A stretch of DNA of 63,058 nt, filler included, from Folioceros fuciformis (lineage: Eukaryota), in the NCBI GenBank assembly GCA_049999805.1. It is 7 parts of 7 records of this genome, joined end to end, with 100 filler letters (N's around TTAATTAATTAA, not from the genome) between each part and the next. Parts side by side here need not be neighbours in the genome. Positions count along the whole stretch, not along the records: positions 11,662 to 22,235 come from JBNGIO010006477.1; positions 22,336 to 42,669 come from JBNGIO010006479.1; 5 more parts are not named here. The stretch is one strand, 5' to 3'. Below the pieces are notes generated by a model. The model was given only the letters and a program-made list of their open reading frames with translations, was not told the origin of the DNA and made no database searches. Position numbers and translations under genes: made by a program. Positions within the stretch are counted from its first letter, which is position 1, and each line of letters begins with the position of its first letter. Below are positions 12,224 to 22,699 of the stretch, in pieces.

Positions 12224-12454
12224 AAATGTCAATCAGCGAGGCGATAAGGTAGACGTCGAGCTTCATCCGCCTGCTGGTGACCATCACTGCTGTGCTGAGC
12301 ATACTGTACATGTCTGCTAACGATCCCACTGTCTCGCGGACTGCAGGTTTCACTGTCTGGCTGCAAGGAGGCAATTCGTTTTATCATGCATATCAGGGAG
12401 CAGGGCTCCCACCCCCCCCCCCCCCTTTTAACCACCAGATAAGTGCTTGGTTGC

Positions 12455-15400
12455 TCAGCCCAGCTCGTCGTTGAAGTATCCTGAAAACTCCTGTAGACCA
12501 AGTCCTGCCATATGCACGTAATGTTTATACTTGGGCAAGGCCTTAGTCAGGATGTCTGCAGTATTTTCTTCAGTACTCACGTAGCCGACTTTTACAACCC
12601 CTCGCTCAACGACATTCCTGATATAATGATGCTGGATCTCGATATGTTTTGTTCTTGCGTGAAAACGAGAATTTGCAACCAGGGCAAGTGCTGACATATT
12701 ATCACACAGGAGTGGAGTTGCTGCTGTCTGCTGTTGCCCAAGGTCTTGCAGAAAGGTACGTTCCCACTCTGCCTCTTTAGAGGCGTCCGTTAAGCTTTTA
12801 TATTCGGCTTCTGTGGATGATAAAGCTATTGATGTTTGCTTTTTGCAGCTCCAGCTTACCACCGCAGATGCTAATAGAAAGCAGTATGTAGATAGGCTTT
12901 TACGGCTGTCGTTATCGGATGCCCAATCTGCATCCGTAAACCCTCTTAGAGTAAGTTGCCCTTGTCCGCTCCTTTTATAAGCTAGTCCATAATACTGGGT
13001 CCCTTTTAGGTATCTATAAACACGTTTAGCAGCTACCCAGTGTGCTTTACCAGGTTTCTCTAGAAATTGTGACAGGGTACTGACAGAGTATTGTATATCT
13101 GGACGAGTCCAGTTTGCGACAAACAGCAGACTACCTACTGCATGACGGTAAGGGATATCTGCCATTTCCTTTTGTTCTTCAGCAGACTGGGGACACTGCA
13201 GGCTGGTAAGCTTGGCTCCTAAGGCAGATGGGGTAGATGCAGGGCGTGCCTCATCAAGTTTGAATTTGTTAAGGAGTTGCTGTATATACTTGTATTGGTG
13301 TATGAACAGCAGACCTTCAGATCTGACCCGGAGCAACTGGATGCCTAAACAGAATTTCAATTCCCCTATATCTTTCATTTCAAATTTGCTGCTTAACATT
13401 GTTTTGACTTCTGCTAACAGATCCTGGTTGTTTGTCGCCAGGATAACGTCATCAACGTATAAGGCGAGCACAACATAGGCATCACCTTTAGACAGTCTAT
13501 AAACATTGCTGTCTGCAGCATTTTGGATAAAGGAAACACTCAGCAAGTACTCATGAATGGTAAGGTACCACACTCTGCCACTTTGTTTCAAGCCGTAAAT
13601 TGTTTTGAGCAGCTTGAGGACTTTTCTAGGATGTGAAGGGTCTTCATAACCCTCTGGTTGTGTCATGTATAGGTCTTCATCGAGAGATCCGTATAAGAAG
13701 GCCGTGCATACGTCCATTTGGTGCAAGTCCAGATCATGCTCTGCGGCAAGTGCCAGTATTACCCTAATTGATTGAGATCTGACCACTGGGGAGAACGTTT
13801 CTTGGTAATCCAGGCCTTCAATTTGAGTGAAGCCTCTGGCTACCAAGCGTGCCTTGTATCGCGCTATCTCCCCTTTTGCGTTGAGCTTTAATCTAAACAC
13901 CCATTTACATGATATAGGCTTTCGACCAGGAGGGAGATCAACCAATCTCCAGGTTTGATTCTTTACCAAAGAGTTATATTCGTCTTCAATTGCAATTCTC
14001 CATTTTTCAGATTCTGGGCTTGAGCAAGCTTCCTTGTAGGATTGTGGCTCAAGATGTGAAGTCATAGATGCTGAATGGACAGCCTCAGCATAGGAAGTCC
14101 TAAAATCGATTGACTGATACCGTGGTTCTGTCCATTGATCTGGAGGTGGACGATATCTGGTTGAGCGCCTCAATGGTTCGGGTTCAGGTACAACTTGCAC
14201 AGGCTCATGAACATCAGCTATTTCTGCATGATCTTGGTCTCCATTCAGAAAGTCATACTCATCTCGTGCATTGTGATGTGCAGCATCTGCTCCCTCTAAA
14301 CCTAGCTCATCATGTTCAGCAACCAGGGGTTCACCATCAGGTGGTTCTGGATTATTGCCTGCTAATGGTATCTGTTGTACAGGTTGTGGATGCTGTACAG
14401 GTGGTGGATCATGAAGCACAATCTCAAAATCTTCTTCTTCTGCAGAAGCATCTTGTGGAAATTGTGATTCAGAAGTTTCTCCTTCAATGAGGTTAGTATC
14501 TCCCTCGGAAGCTAAATGAGACTGCAGTCCTGGTGTTACAGGCTTCACAGGTTCGATAAAAGTGACGGAACGGGCTAACACAATCTGTTGGGTTGCAGGA
14601 TTGTAAAGTTTGTAGGCCTTCACTTGTTCACTGTATCCGACAAAAATAAGAGCTTGGGCTCTCGGATCCAGTTTCTTTCTTTTCTCCTCTGGAATGAGAG
14701 CAAAAGCTCGTGAGCCAAAGACACGGAGATGGAGAAGGCTGGGTTTCCGATTCCAGAAAGCTTCAAAAGGCGTTTTCTTAGGAACTGAGTGAGTGAAGAG
14801 CCTGTTAAGCACATATGTGGCTGTAACGATGGCTTCAGCCCAGTATTTTTGTGGAAGGCCGGCCCATAACAACATGCTGCGTGTCATAGAGAGTAAGGTC
14901 TGATTCTTACGCTCTGCTACACCGTTCTGTTGCGGCGTATAAGGTACAGTGAGCTGCCTTTGAATGCCATGTTGCTGAAGTAGTTCATCAAAGGCATGAT
15001 TGATAAATTCAGTACCATTGTCTGTACGAAGAAACTTGAGAAGATGACCTGTTTGACGCTGAACAGTCACAAGCCATTCGCAAAATGTTTCAAAGGTATC
15101 ACTTTTCTGTTGTATAGGAAAAGTCCAAGTATATCTCGAGAAGTCGTCTGTTAGGCAGAGATAGTAATGAGATCCTCCTACAGAGGGGACATGTATCTTT
15201 CCTGAAATATCCGCGTGCACTAATTCGAGTATTTGTGTTGCTCGAAAGGTAGCCAAGGATGGAAAAGGCTGTTGCTTCTGTTTGGCAACAATACACGCCT
15301 CACAAGACGGAAGATCCTTAAAACAACGAGGTAGGGGCTCAAGATGACATTGCTGAAGAGACATGTCAACAAGTTTGTGTTTATTGACGTGTCCTAACCG

Positions 15401-16888
15401 TGCGTGCCACAGAACAGCCAGTTTTTGTGTATCCTTAGAAACCAGACTGGCCTGATGGCGCATAGGAAATATGTCCAACCTGTACAGGTCGTTGTCTGGT
15501 ATACCTTTGAACAAAAGGATCTGGTCATCATCCTTCTTGTAGAAGGAACATGTGTCATCCACGACGTGGAGTTTATAACATTTGAGTTGCATCAGCTTGC
15601 TCAGCGACATAAGGTTTTTAGCCATGGTCGGTACGTACAGCACATCAGCAAGAGTCAAAATGGAGCCATCATGTAAGGTAAACTTACAACTTCCATGTCC
15701 TCTGATGTGTAAACTGGTCTTGTTTTGTTCATCACCAAGCAACACCTTGTCAGCAGAATTGCTAAGATGTAGTGTGAAGAACTGATCCTTCTTAGTGCAT
15801 ATGTGCGAGGTAGCCCCAGAATCAAGGTACCAGCTGCCCTCTTCATACCATGCACTAGAGAGACAAATCGTAAGGATCTTCACCATAGGTTTGGTGTCAC
15901 CTGGTTTTGTCTCTTTGATAGCAACTGTAGCACTGCTTTTCTGAGTACGCTGAGGTTCTCCTGCCTTCTTTTTCTTGCATTCTCTTGCCCAGTGACCAGC
16001 GATTCCACACCAATTGCAGTTTCCCGGCCTCTTGGGAGATGAAAAAGATGAAGGTTCAGGTCTACCTCCAACCTTGCTTTTGGCTTTCCCTCTGTTGGGT
16101 TTAAAACCTGTCGCCAATGCCTTTTCTGCCTTGTTCCTAGGGACTCCAGCAGAGAGCATGCGGGCCTGCTCTTCTTGATACAAGGCCCCAATCACGTCTT
16201 CAACAGTGATTGTGCTTGTAGAAGAACCAGCAGCACCAGATGGTTTAATGGGCCCATTTTGGGTTGTCACAAAAGCTTGATATGAGGGAGGTAAACTGGA
16301 GAGGAGCTTTGCAACTGCTTGTGTTTCTGGTATTTTCTCACCAGTCAACAAAGTAATCTGAGCTCTAAGACGTCGGAACTTACTGGTATGTGCCGACACT
16401 TTCTCTCCCTCTCTCATACGCAACAAGAAGAACTCTGTTTGCAATGCACACAGAGACATCATGTTCTGCTGCTGATATGTTTTCTCTAGTTGTGCCCAAA
16501 TTGCAGAAGCCTCTGTCAAGGGTTCTATATCTGGCACAAGGTCTGTATCTATTCCGTTTATTAAAAGAGCAACTGCTATTCCATTATGCTGATCCCACTT
16601 AGCAATTTCATCTGCTGTAGGTGCTGGAGTAGTATTGGGATTCGGTTTAGCATATGTTTTGTCAACTATGGACCAAACACTACGAGCCAGCAAAATACTC
16701 TTCATTCTCACACGCCAAGTTTTGTAGTTCTGGCCGTTGAGACGGTCTTTCTCCTTCAAATCTGTTGTGAATACTGGAGAAGTGATAGTAGCCATGTTGT
16801 GTATTTGTGCAGAGAATGGCTGTATGCTCAAAGATTGAAATTGCTGTTCGAGAGATGCTAACAATGCATCCACGGGGTTTGAGGACAT
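12455..16888 (-). CDS. Intact copia gag-pol polyprotein, 1477 aa
   Basis: Motifs CNWCGIAGHWAREC, YLDSGAT, HARLGH..CEAC, HADISG/TDNGTEF/AERKN, YVDD, DADWAS; no stops. Confidence 0.97.
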   Translation of the reverse strand: MSSNPVDALLASLEQQFQSLSIQPFSAQIHNMATITSPVFTTDLKEKDRLNGQNYKTWRVRMKSILLARSVWSIVDKTYAKPNPNTTPAPTADEIAKWDQHNGIAVALLINGIDTDLVPDIEPLTEASAIWAQLEKTYQQQNMMSLCALQTEFFLLRMREGEKVSAHTSKFRRLRAQITLLTGEKIPETQAVAKLLSSLPPSYQAFVTTQNGPIKPSGAAGSSTSTITVEDVIGALYQEEQARMLSAGVPRNKAEKALATGFKPNRGKAKSKVGGRPEPSSFSSPKRPGNCNWCGIAGHWARECKKKKAGEPQRTQKSSATVAIKETKPGDTKPMVKILTICLSSAWYEEGSWYLDSGATSHICTKKDQFFTLHLSNSADKVLLGDEQNKTSLHIRGHGSCKFTLHDGSILTLADVLYVPTMAKNLMSLSKLMQLKCYKLHVVDDTCSFYKKDDDQILLFKGIPDNDLYRLDIFPMRHQASLVSKDTQKLAVLWHARLGHVNKHKLVDMSLQQCHLEPLPRCFKDLPSCEACIVAKQKQQPFPSLATFRATQILELVHADISGKIHVPSVGGSHYYLCLTDDFSRYTWTFPIQQKSDTFETFCEWLVTVQRQTGHLLKFLRTDNGTEFINHAFDELLQQHGIQRQLTVPYTPQQNGVAERKNQTLLSMTRSMLLWAGLPQKYWAEAIVTATYVLNRLFTHSVPKKTPFEAFWNRKPSLLHLRVFGSRAFALIPEEKRKKLDPRAQALIFVGYSEQVKAYKLYNPATQQIVLARSVTFIEPVKPVTPGLQSHLASEGDTNLIEGETSESQFPQDASAEEEDFEIVLHDPPPVQHPQPVQQIPLAGNNPEPPDGEPLVAEHDELGLEGADAAHHNARDEYDFLNGDQDHAEIADVHEPVQVVPEPEPLRRSTRYRPPPDQWTEPRYQSIDFRTSYAEAVHSASMTSHLEPQSYKEACSSPESEKWRIAIEDEYNSLVKNQTWRLVDLPPGRKPISCKWVFRLKLNAKGEIARYKARLVARGFTQIEGLDYQETFSPVVRSQSIRVILALAAEHDLDLHQMDVCTAFLYGSLDEDLYMTQPEGYEDPSHPRKVLKLLKTIYGLKQSGRVWYLTIHEYLLSVSFIQNAADSNVYRLSKGDAYVVLALYVDDVILATNNQDLLAEVKTMLSSKFEMKDIGELKFCLGIQLLRVRSEGLLFIHQYKYIQQLLNKFKLDEARPASTPSALGAKLTSLQCPQSAEEQKEMADIPYRHAVGSLLFVANWTRPDIQYSVSTLSQFLEKPGKAHWVAAKRVYRYLKGTQYYGLAYKRSGQGQLTLRGFTDADWASDNDSRKSLSTYCFLLASAVVSWSCKKQTSIALSSTEAEYKSLTDASKEAEWERTFLQDLGQQQTAATPLLCDNMSALALVANSRFHARTKHIEIQHHYIRNVVERGVVKVGYVSTEENTADILTKALPKYKHYVHMAGLGLQEFSGYFNDELG

Positions 16889-17311
16889 AAGAAACTATCA
16901 AGATGTACAGGAGCTATGGCTCTGACAATCCAGGTAAGTATCTATGTCTCTCTTACAAGGGTGTGTGGCTAACTGGTGTAGCTAACTGACATTTGTGTGT
17001 GAAAGAGACGGGGGGAGTCTTAGTTTGGAAGGCAACGAGTGCTGTGTGCCTGATGCTTTCTAAATTAATTTCCCCTATTAATTTTTAGGTTAGCGTTTCG
17101 GAAGAGCACATGTTTACATCAAAAAACCAGAACCCTAACTGCCATGCCACCTCCCCCTTTTTGAACAGGTGCATCTGTTGGCTGACAAATGGCATGCAGG
17201 GCAAGACTGAAGGACGAGAGGTCACGACAATGCATGCACCTCTTCGTATCTGGCACCAAGATTGTGCCTGTGCCTGGCGCTCCAGGCTCCCTCGCAGCGG
17301 AAGCTGGAAAT

Positions 17312-17935
17312 TCAATGAACTGGTGGAAGATCCTTCACACGGGTGAAGTGCTTTTCCAATTCCATCTTTAAACACAGGTTCTGAAATTGGTCAGAGAGTT
17401 TCTGAATGTCTCGCCTTGTGTCCAGGATTGATTGGGCGGCGAAATCCAAAGCCAAGTCCAATTCTTCCACTCTGTTCCTGAAGAGCTCTTGATTTGAGAT
17501 GACAACAGATAAGGATTTTTCCACTCTCATTGCTGCTGCCAGTGATCTATTTACAATACTCTGGCTGCTTTTTGGTGGATGATCAAAAACTGTATGTCTG
17601 AAAAGTGCAGGTCTGCAAACAGGTGTGGGTTTCTCCTGGGGCTTGTGCTCGAAACCATCAGGATTCACACTTCTCCTCAAACAGCGAGCTCTGAATTCGG
17701 CGTCAACTGCTTTGTTCCAGTCAGACTGTTGAGAGGGTGATTTATGTAGGCTACACCTTGAATGCTTGTCTGCAAACTTTCTCAGCCAAAGGTTCGAGAG
17801 ATCCTGTTCGTAGAGATTCGTAGCTTCTTGTAGAGACGATCCACGTGGTCGGTATTGAGGGAGTCTGTCCCCACGGCCACCGCGACCTCTCTTGCCTTGA
17901 TCTCTATTAGGATTCCTCGATCTTGGCATTCTCAC
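17312..17935 (-). CDS. ORF0 of C1 (~205 aa; MPRSRNPNR, RGRGGRG, C-terminal coiled-coil)
   Basis: Starts ~30 nt after the PBS on the gag strand. PQY.P....LYEQ recurs in the fragment at 60560-60706. Confidence 0.65.
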   Translation of the reverse strand: MRMPRSRNPNRDQGKRGRGGRGDRLPQYRPRGSSLQEATNLYEQDLSNLWLRKFADKHSRCSLHKSPSQQSDWNKAVDAEFRARCLRRSVNPDGFEHKPQEKPTPVCRPALFRHTVFDHPPKSSQSIVNRSLAAAMRVEKSLSVVISNQELFRNRVEELDLALDFAAQSILDTRRDIQKLSDQFQNLCLKMELEKHFTRVKDLPPVH

Positions 17936-17975
17936 AGAACTCGTTCAGATAGCAGAGCATTAGGCTCTGATACCA

Positions 17976-18190
17976 TATCAATTATCGGACATTGATATAT
18001 GTACGATGTGCAAACGAGAGCCTAATGAGCAAAGGCACGCGTCTTACCAAACAAACATGATTAATTAATTAGAAAAGTATCTCAAGTGTTTTTATACTAA
18101 ACCCTAATAATCAAAGGTCGTAAGATTAAAAGCGTATATCCGTAACCCCAAACGTGACTAACGTAAGCCGTCCAGGGTTAACTACTCACA
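17976..18190 (-). repeat. 5' LTR of C1 (TG...TA termini)
   Basis: Abuts the PBS. The other end interrupts the element D pre-integrase region after PTRAT. Start is at 18188 or 18190. Confidence 0.72.
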
Positions 18191-19773
18191 AAGTGGCTCT
18201 CGTTGGTGGATCAGTGGGGAACGAAGTCCGCTTGTGCTTGCCAAGGATGCAGGCTTCACATTTGCCGAAGTCCTTGTGTTCATCTAAGGTGAGCCCGTCC
18301 ACCATACGCTTCTGGTGCATGTCAACACGTTTTCTGAAATTGACATGGCCAAAGATAGGTCCTGGAAAGCCGTATAGGTTGCGAGGAATTGGCTGCATTG
18401 GCTTGTGCTGACTGGAGGTCAAGGTGGTACAGGTCATCGGACTCCAAGTGTCCAGTAGCCAGAAGGTTGCCATCAGCTGTCTCCACTATGCATTTGCCTC
18501 CTCCAAAACAAACATAACATCCCGACTGGTCGATTTTCCGAACGGAAACAAGGTTCTTTGTCAGGCCAGGTACGTACAGGACATCCGGAATTGCTATGTG
18601 CTGAGCTGGCTCCAGGTCAAGGTTTATGGTACCCTGTCCTTCAATTCTATGCTTGGTGTCGTCCCCAAGACATACATACTTAGCTGGCTCACTTTCATGC
18701 ATTTCAGTGAAGTAGGAGGCATGCGGGGTCATATGTTGTGATGCCCCGCTATCGATATACCAGGTATGCTCCTTCTGGCTGGCATAACAGGTGACCACAT
18801 TGCATTGGGAATTGGAAACTTTTGTGGAGGCGGCAACAGGGGTGACAGGTGACACGTTGGAGAAGAAGGCACGACTATACTTGTTCATAGTAACAGCAAG
18901 ATGTCCAGAGGGGCCAGAATGGCCACTTTCACCTGCCAACCGTTTCCTGCAGGTTTCCCATGAGTGGTTTGTCATACCACAGTGGCCGCATGGTGGTCTA
19001 GATCGTCCACCAGCAGAATTTTGAGGTCTGAAACCTCCTCGGCCTCCTCTGGCTCCTCGGCCTCCTCTCGTGAAAACTCCACGGCCTCTTTGGCCTCGAC
19101 CCCGTCCAGGTTTGTTCAACCATAAGGCCTTGTCATTAGAATATAGCGCTCTGTCGCTGTTAAGGCTAGTACTCGCAATTCTTTTCCGGGACTCCTCAGT
19201 TAGCATAGCAGCTATCACCCTGTTCACAGTGATTGGGCGGACTTCCTGCAGGCTGTGTACAACACCCGTCCAGGATTCGGGCAGCGTAGTCAGCAAGATT
19301 ACTGCTATTAATTCTTCAGCCAGGTCGAAGCCAGCAGAGATGAGCTTGGCTCTCCAGTTTCGGAAGTCAAGGACATGCTTGTCCACTGTATCCGCCTCCG
19401 TCATTTTCAGTCCTGCAAACTGTTTTAGCACATAAGTTTGCAGCATCAAGTCCCTCGAGTCGTAGACTTCATTTACTTGTTGCCAGTATTGTTCTGCTGT
19501 TTGTGCACCTTGGAAGACCCCAATGTGGGTACTCTTCACACTCAGCTGCAAAAGCGTTCTTGCAGTCTGATCAGCTTCTTCCCAAACAGCAAAGTCATCT
19601 TGTGCGACTGGCTTTGGGATAACGACAGGAGGTGTGCCTTGACCTCCAACATAGCCCCACAGCCTCCTGGATTTAAGGATCTCAACCATGCGATCTCTCC
19701 ACACATGGAAGTTAGTTCCATCAAACTTGTCTTCTTTGGCAATATTTAATGACAGAGTCTGCTGTACAGCCAT
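18191..19773 (-). pseudogene. Copia element D gag, protease and integrase N-terminus, truncated by the C1 insertion
   Basis: KEDKFDG, CGHCGMTNHSWETC, YIDSGAS, then a frameshift and FGHVN..CEAC. Confidence 0.88.
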
Positions 19774-20578
19774 CTGGGGGCTTCTCTCAATGCATAACAG
19801 ATGTGTAAGTAACTGTGCAGCACAGGTTCTCTCCTGCTGTGTCTTCTTGAACACATAGCGTGATTTGAATTATGTCCCTGCTTGATATGGGAAACTATGA
19901 GAGTATATTTGTTAGTATATATGCTGTATGCCGATGTACTAATTCCGCGGTTGGCTGCAGGTGCGTGGGTTCCCTAGCGAAGAGGACACACAGGTGTTCG
20001 TGAAGGTGGGCGTAGAGGTCGACTTCAGTCGACGGCCGGGAAACATAGTAGATACCCCTGCTAGGGAGTCTCATGGCATTTAGAGAAGGTTGCTGACGTC
20101 AAACTTGCTAAAATCATACCCGTCCAGAACCTCGTAGCCTTGAATGATGTTATGCGCCATCAAGCAAAGCATAATGGAGATCCAAACCCACACTTGCTGC
20201 CAACGCGTGGGCGCAAGCGATCGCTGGTACGCCTCTTCTCTCGTCAATCCAGTCTTGAAGTTCCTGAAGCCGCCTTGCTCTTCTCGCTAATCTTTCTTGC
20301 TTGCGCTGTCCAGCATGGTGGCACAGGGGCAATCAATTCGTGAGCATTCTCGCAGGCAAAGTGCCTGAAGGCATCTGCTCACGAAAAAGATGTCCCGCAT
20401 GCTTCTACAACCCGTGCAGAATTCAAGGCAGCAAGAAGAGAAAACTAAGGAGACGAGTTCGATGCAACTTAGGAAACTTCAAAAGTGCTGCGTGCACCGA
20501 AGTGCACACAGCCGATCCAAGCTGCTCGTGCGCTGGGAGTTAAACGCACGACATGGATCGCCGCACGCTCTGATACCA

Positions 20579-20733
20579 TGACATGTTCGCGTGTAGATAA
20601 AGAAGGGAATTGAATAGAATGTCACGATACATGTCATATGAACTTGACCAGGTGACGGTTATTGATTGTAACCGTCACCTAACCCCTAACCCTAACCTGA
20701 ACTTATAAAAAGAAAATTAAATATAACCTGTCA
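20579..20733 (-). repeat. 5' LTR of element D (155 bp); PBS at 20567-20578
   Basis: Perfect TGACA/TGTCA terminal inverted repeats, adjacent to GCTCTGATACCA. Confidence 0.85.
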
Positions 20734-21064
20734 AGAGGTGGCTAGTGCCAAGAGGGAGGTGGAGCAGGTCAAGAAAGAGGCTGAGGCTGCAGCCAAGATA
20801 GTGGAGCAGCAGGAGTCCAAGATGGAGGAGATGATGAGCAAGTTTGAGACGTTTCACCTCCATGCTGTCAAGGAACATGAGAGAAGGAGGGCTGCAACTA
20901 GTGGCAGGGCTAACTTGTTTTGCTCCATTTGTGGTGAGCAAGGCCACATCAAGACCCATTGTCAAGGGGCCAAGGTGCATTTGCTGGCCTGTGAAGGGGA
21001 AGAAGAGGAGTGGTCGGTGGAGGACTCCTATCAAATTCAGGAGTTTTCCCAAGGGAAGCAATAT
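20734..21064 (+). pseudogene. Retroelement gag fragment (probably Ty3/gypsy) cut on both sides by copia LTRs
   Basis: Coiled-coil followed by the knuckle CSICGEQGHIKTHC and an acidic linker. Confidence 0.6.
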
Positions 21065-21298
21065 TGTAAGAAATTACATGCAGATGTAGATTTATTATAA
21101 AAATAACATTGTATATATTTTAGAAAAAGAGTGTAAGTAAAACATTAAAGCTTAAACTTAACTATTCATGAATGGGTGTGACTATTACTAACAGTCGTAA
21201 CCCTAGCGAAGAGGTAAGACATTTTAAACTATACACACAATATGAAACTGGATATAATATAACCCTAATCTCATTATGCCAACATCAATACTCCTTCA
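21065..21298 (-). repeat. 3' LTR of element E (TGAAG...CTTACA); PPT AAGTGGGAG at 21299-21307 (-)
   Basis: Same PPT as elements F and G, immediately followed by TG. AT-rich, with AACCCTA motifs. Confidence 0.65.
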
Positions 21299-21444
21299 CT
21301 CCCACTTGTTGGATTATGATGATTCGGACGTCTCCTCTTCGCCTTCTCTAACACGGGTCGAATGTGAGACTGTGAGCTGAGCTGAAAGTTCCGCTGTGTG
21401 CATGTGCTGGGTTGCGCCGACACCTTTGCCTTTAAAGAAACGCG

Positions 21445-22091
21445 ATGGAGCGTATCTGCACAAACTTGGGTAGTAGGTGCGTCGCGACCCTTATAGCATC
21501 CCTCCTCGCTTCAAGTCCTTTATTTGTAAGCTGTTGGGGCGTAGGATCTCTGAGCTCAAGATGTCATCTTCAGCTACTGACTCCCCTCCTACAAAGCGCC
21601 GTGTCTGCCATCGTGACAAGCTAGGGTGGTTTGTGAGCAAGCCAACTAGAACAGCCGCCTCCTCTCAGCAGCAAGGATCGGCAAAGATGCCTGCTCCTGC
21701 TGCTCAAGGTGGCAGCGGCAGGAGGCGTTCGCGACGGAGGCCACGCGGCACCACCAAAGCTTTTCTTGATCAGCAGCGCTCGTCAAAGACTACAGCCTAT
21801 AAGACAAAGGCTGGTGTTGCGTGTAAGGCAACTCCCCGCAAGATGGCTACCCCTGAAGAGAAATCTCTTTCAAGGGATCAAAGTGCCAAGCTCCGCTTCA
21901 AAGCTGATGAGTTCGCGTATGCTGATTCTGACTATAGGCCTACTGTGCCGATAAGATTTCCAGTTTCAACACACTATGATGAGGAAACCAAGATTGTGAG
22001 CCTTGGTTCTTTTGCTATTCCTTGTACCCCTCTGTGGTATAAGTGCCTCTGTGAACCTCCAAAGTTTGGGGTAGTAGTTTGTTTTGGTTGA
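21445..22091 (+). CDS. Probable antisense ORF of element E (basic protein; N-terminal hydrophobic segment frameshifted)
   Basis: 204-codon ORF just inside the PPT and antisense to the LTR. ATG 21445 gives CVATLIASLL in another frame. Confidence 0.45.
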
Positions 22092-22335
22092 AAAAGGGTT
22101 AATAGTGGTATGGTTTGGTTTTCTTTTTCAACTTATTTTCCCTAATTTTCCTTGATTTTCTGGTCATTTTTCCTATTTTTCTTTGTGTTAATTAGGTTAA
22201 TTGACCAGGAAATAGTTGGTTTGGTTATAAGAGTGNNNNNNNNNNNNNNNNNNNNNNNNNNNNNNNNNNNNNNNNNNNNTTAATTAATTAANNNNNNNNN
22301 NNNNNNNNNNNNNNNNNNNNNNNNNNNNNNNNNNN

Positions 22336-22462
22336 GGGTAAGGTGGGGGGCAACGAAACGGGGTGTCCCATTCCGGGGGACGGCACACCCGATCAGCGGA
22401 ACGGCACACCCGTTTAACGGAATGGCACGCCCGTTCCGAACGGGTGCCACCCCGTTACTCTC
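22336..22462. repeat. Short GC-rich direct/inverted repeats (CGGCACACCCG-like), possible DNA-transposon subterminus
   Basis: About four copies of GGCAC(A/G)CCCG or CACCCG in both orientations at a contig end. Confidence 0.3.
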
Positions 22463-22699
22463 CAACAGGTTTAATATGTTTTTTTCTTTGACAGTTTTTT
22501 TTTCGCTAGTACCTGAGCAAAAAAAAAGAAGAGGAAGACGCTGAACATGAAGCACACCCATACCCCAAGAGAAATTAAAAGTAAGCAAGAGGGATAATTA
22601 TTTTCTTCGAGGATCTTCTGTCGGCACTTGTGGAGGAGGGACCCTTTGTTTTTTCGTTCACTTGCCACACCAATAGCCCGTGATGAGGACTCAACCTGA

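Larger units (their letters stand above)
11662..18190 (-). mobile_element. Ty1/copia element C1, near complete (3' LTR lost at contig end), nested in element D
   Basis: 5' LTR 17976-~18190, PBS TGGTATCAGAGCC 17963-17975 (-), intact gag-pol, PPT TTAAGAGGGAG 11663-11673 (-). Confidence 0.93.

Noticed and set aside
20150-20332. ORF0 of element D
   Set aside because: Right position and an MP start, but only 60 aa and no homolog in the window.
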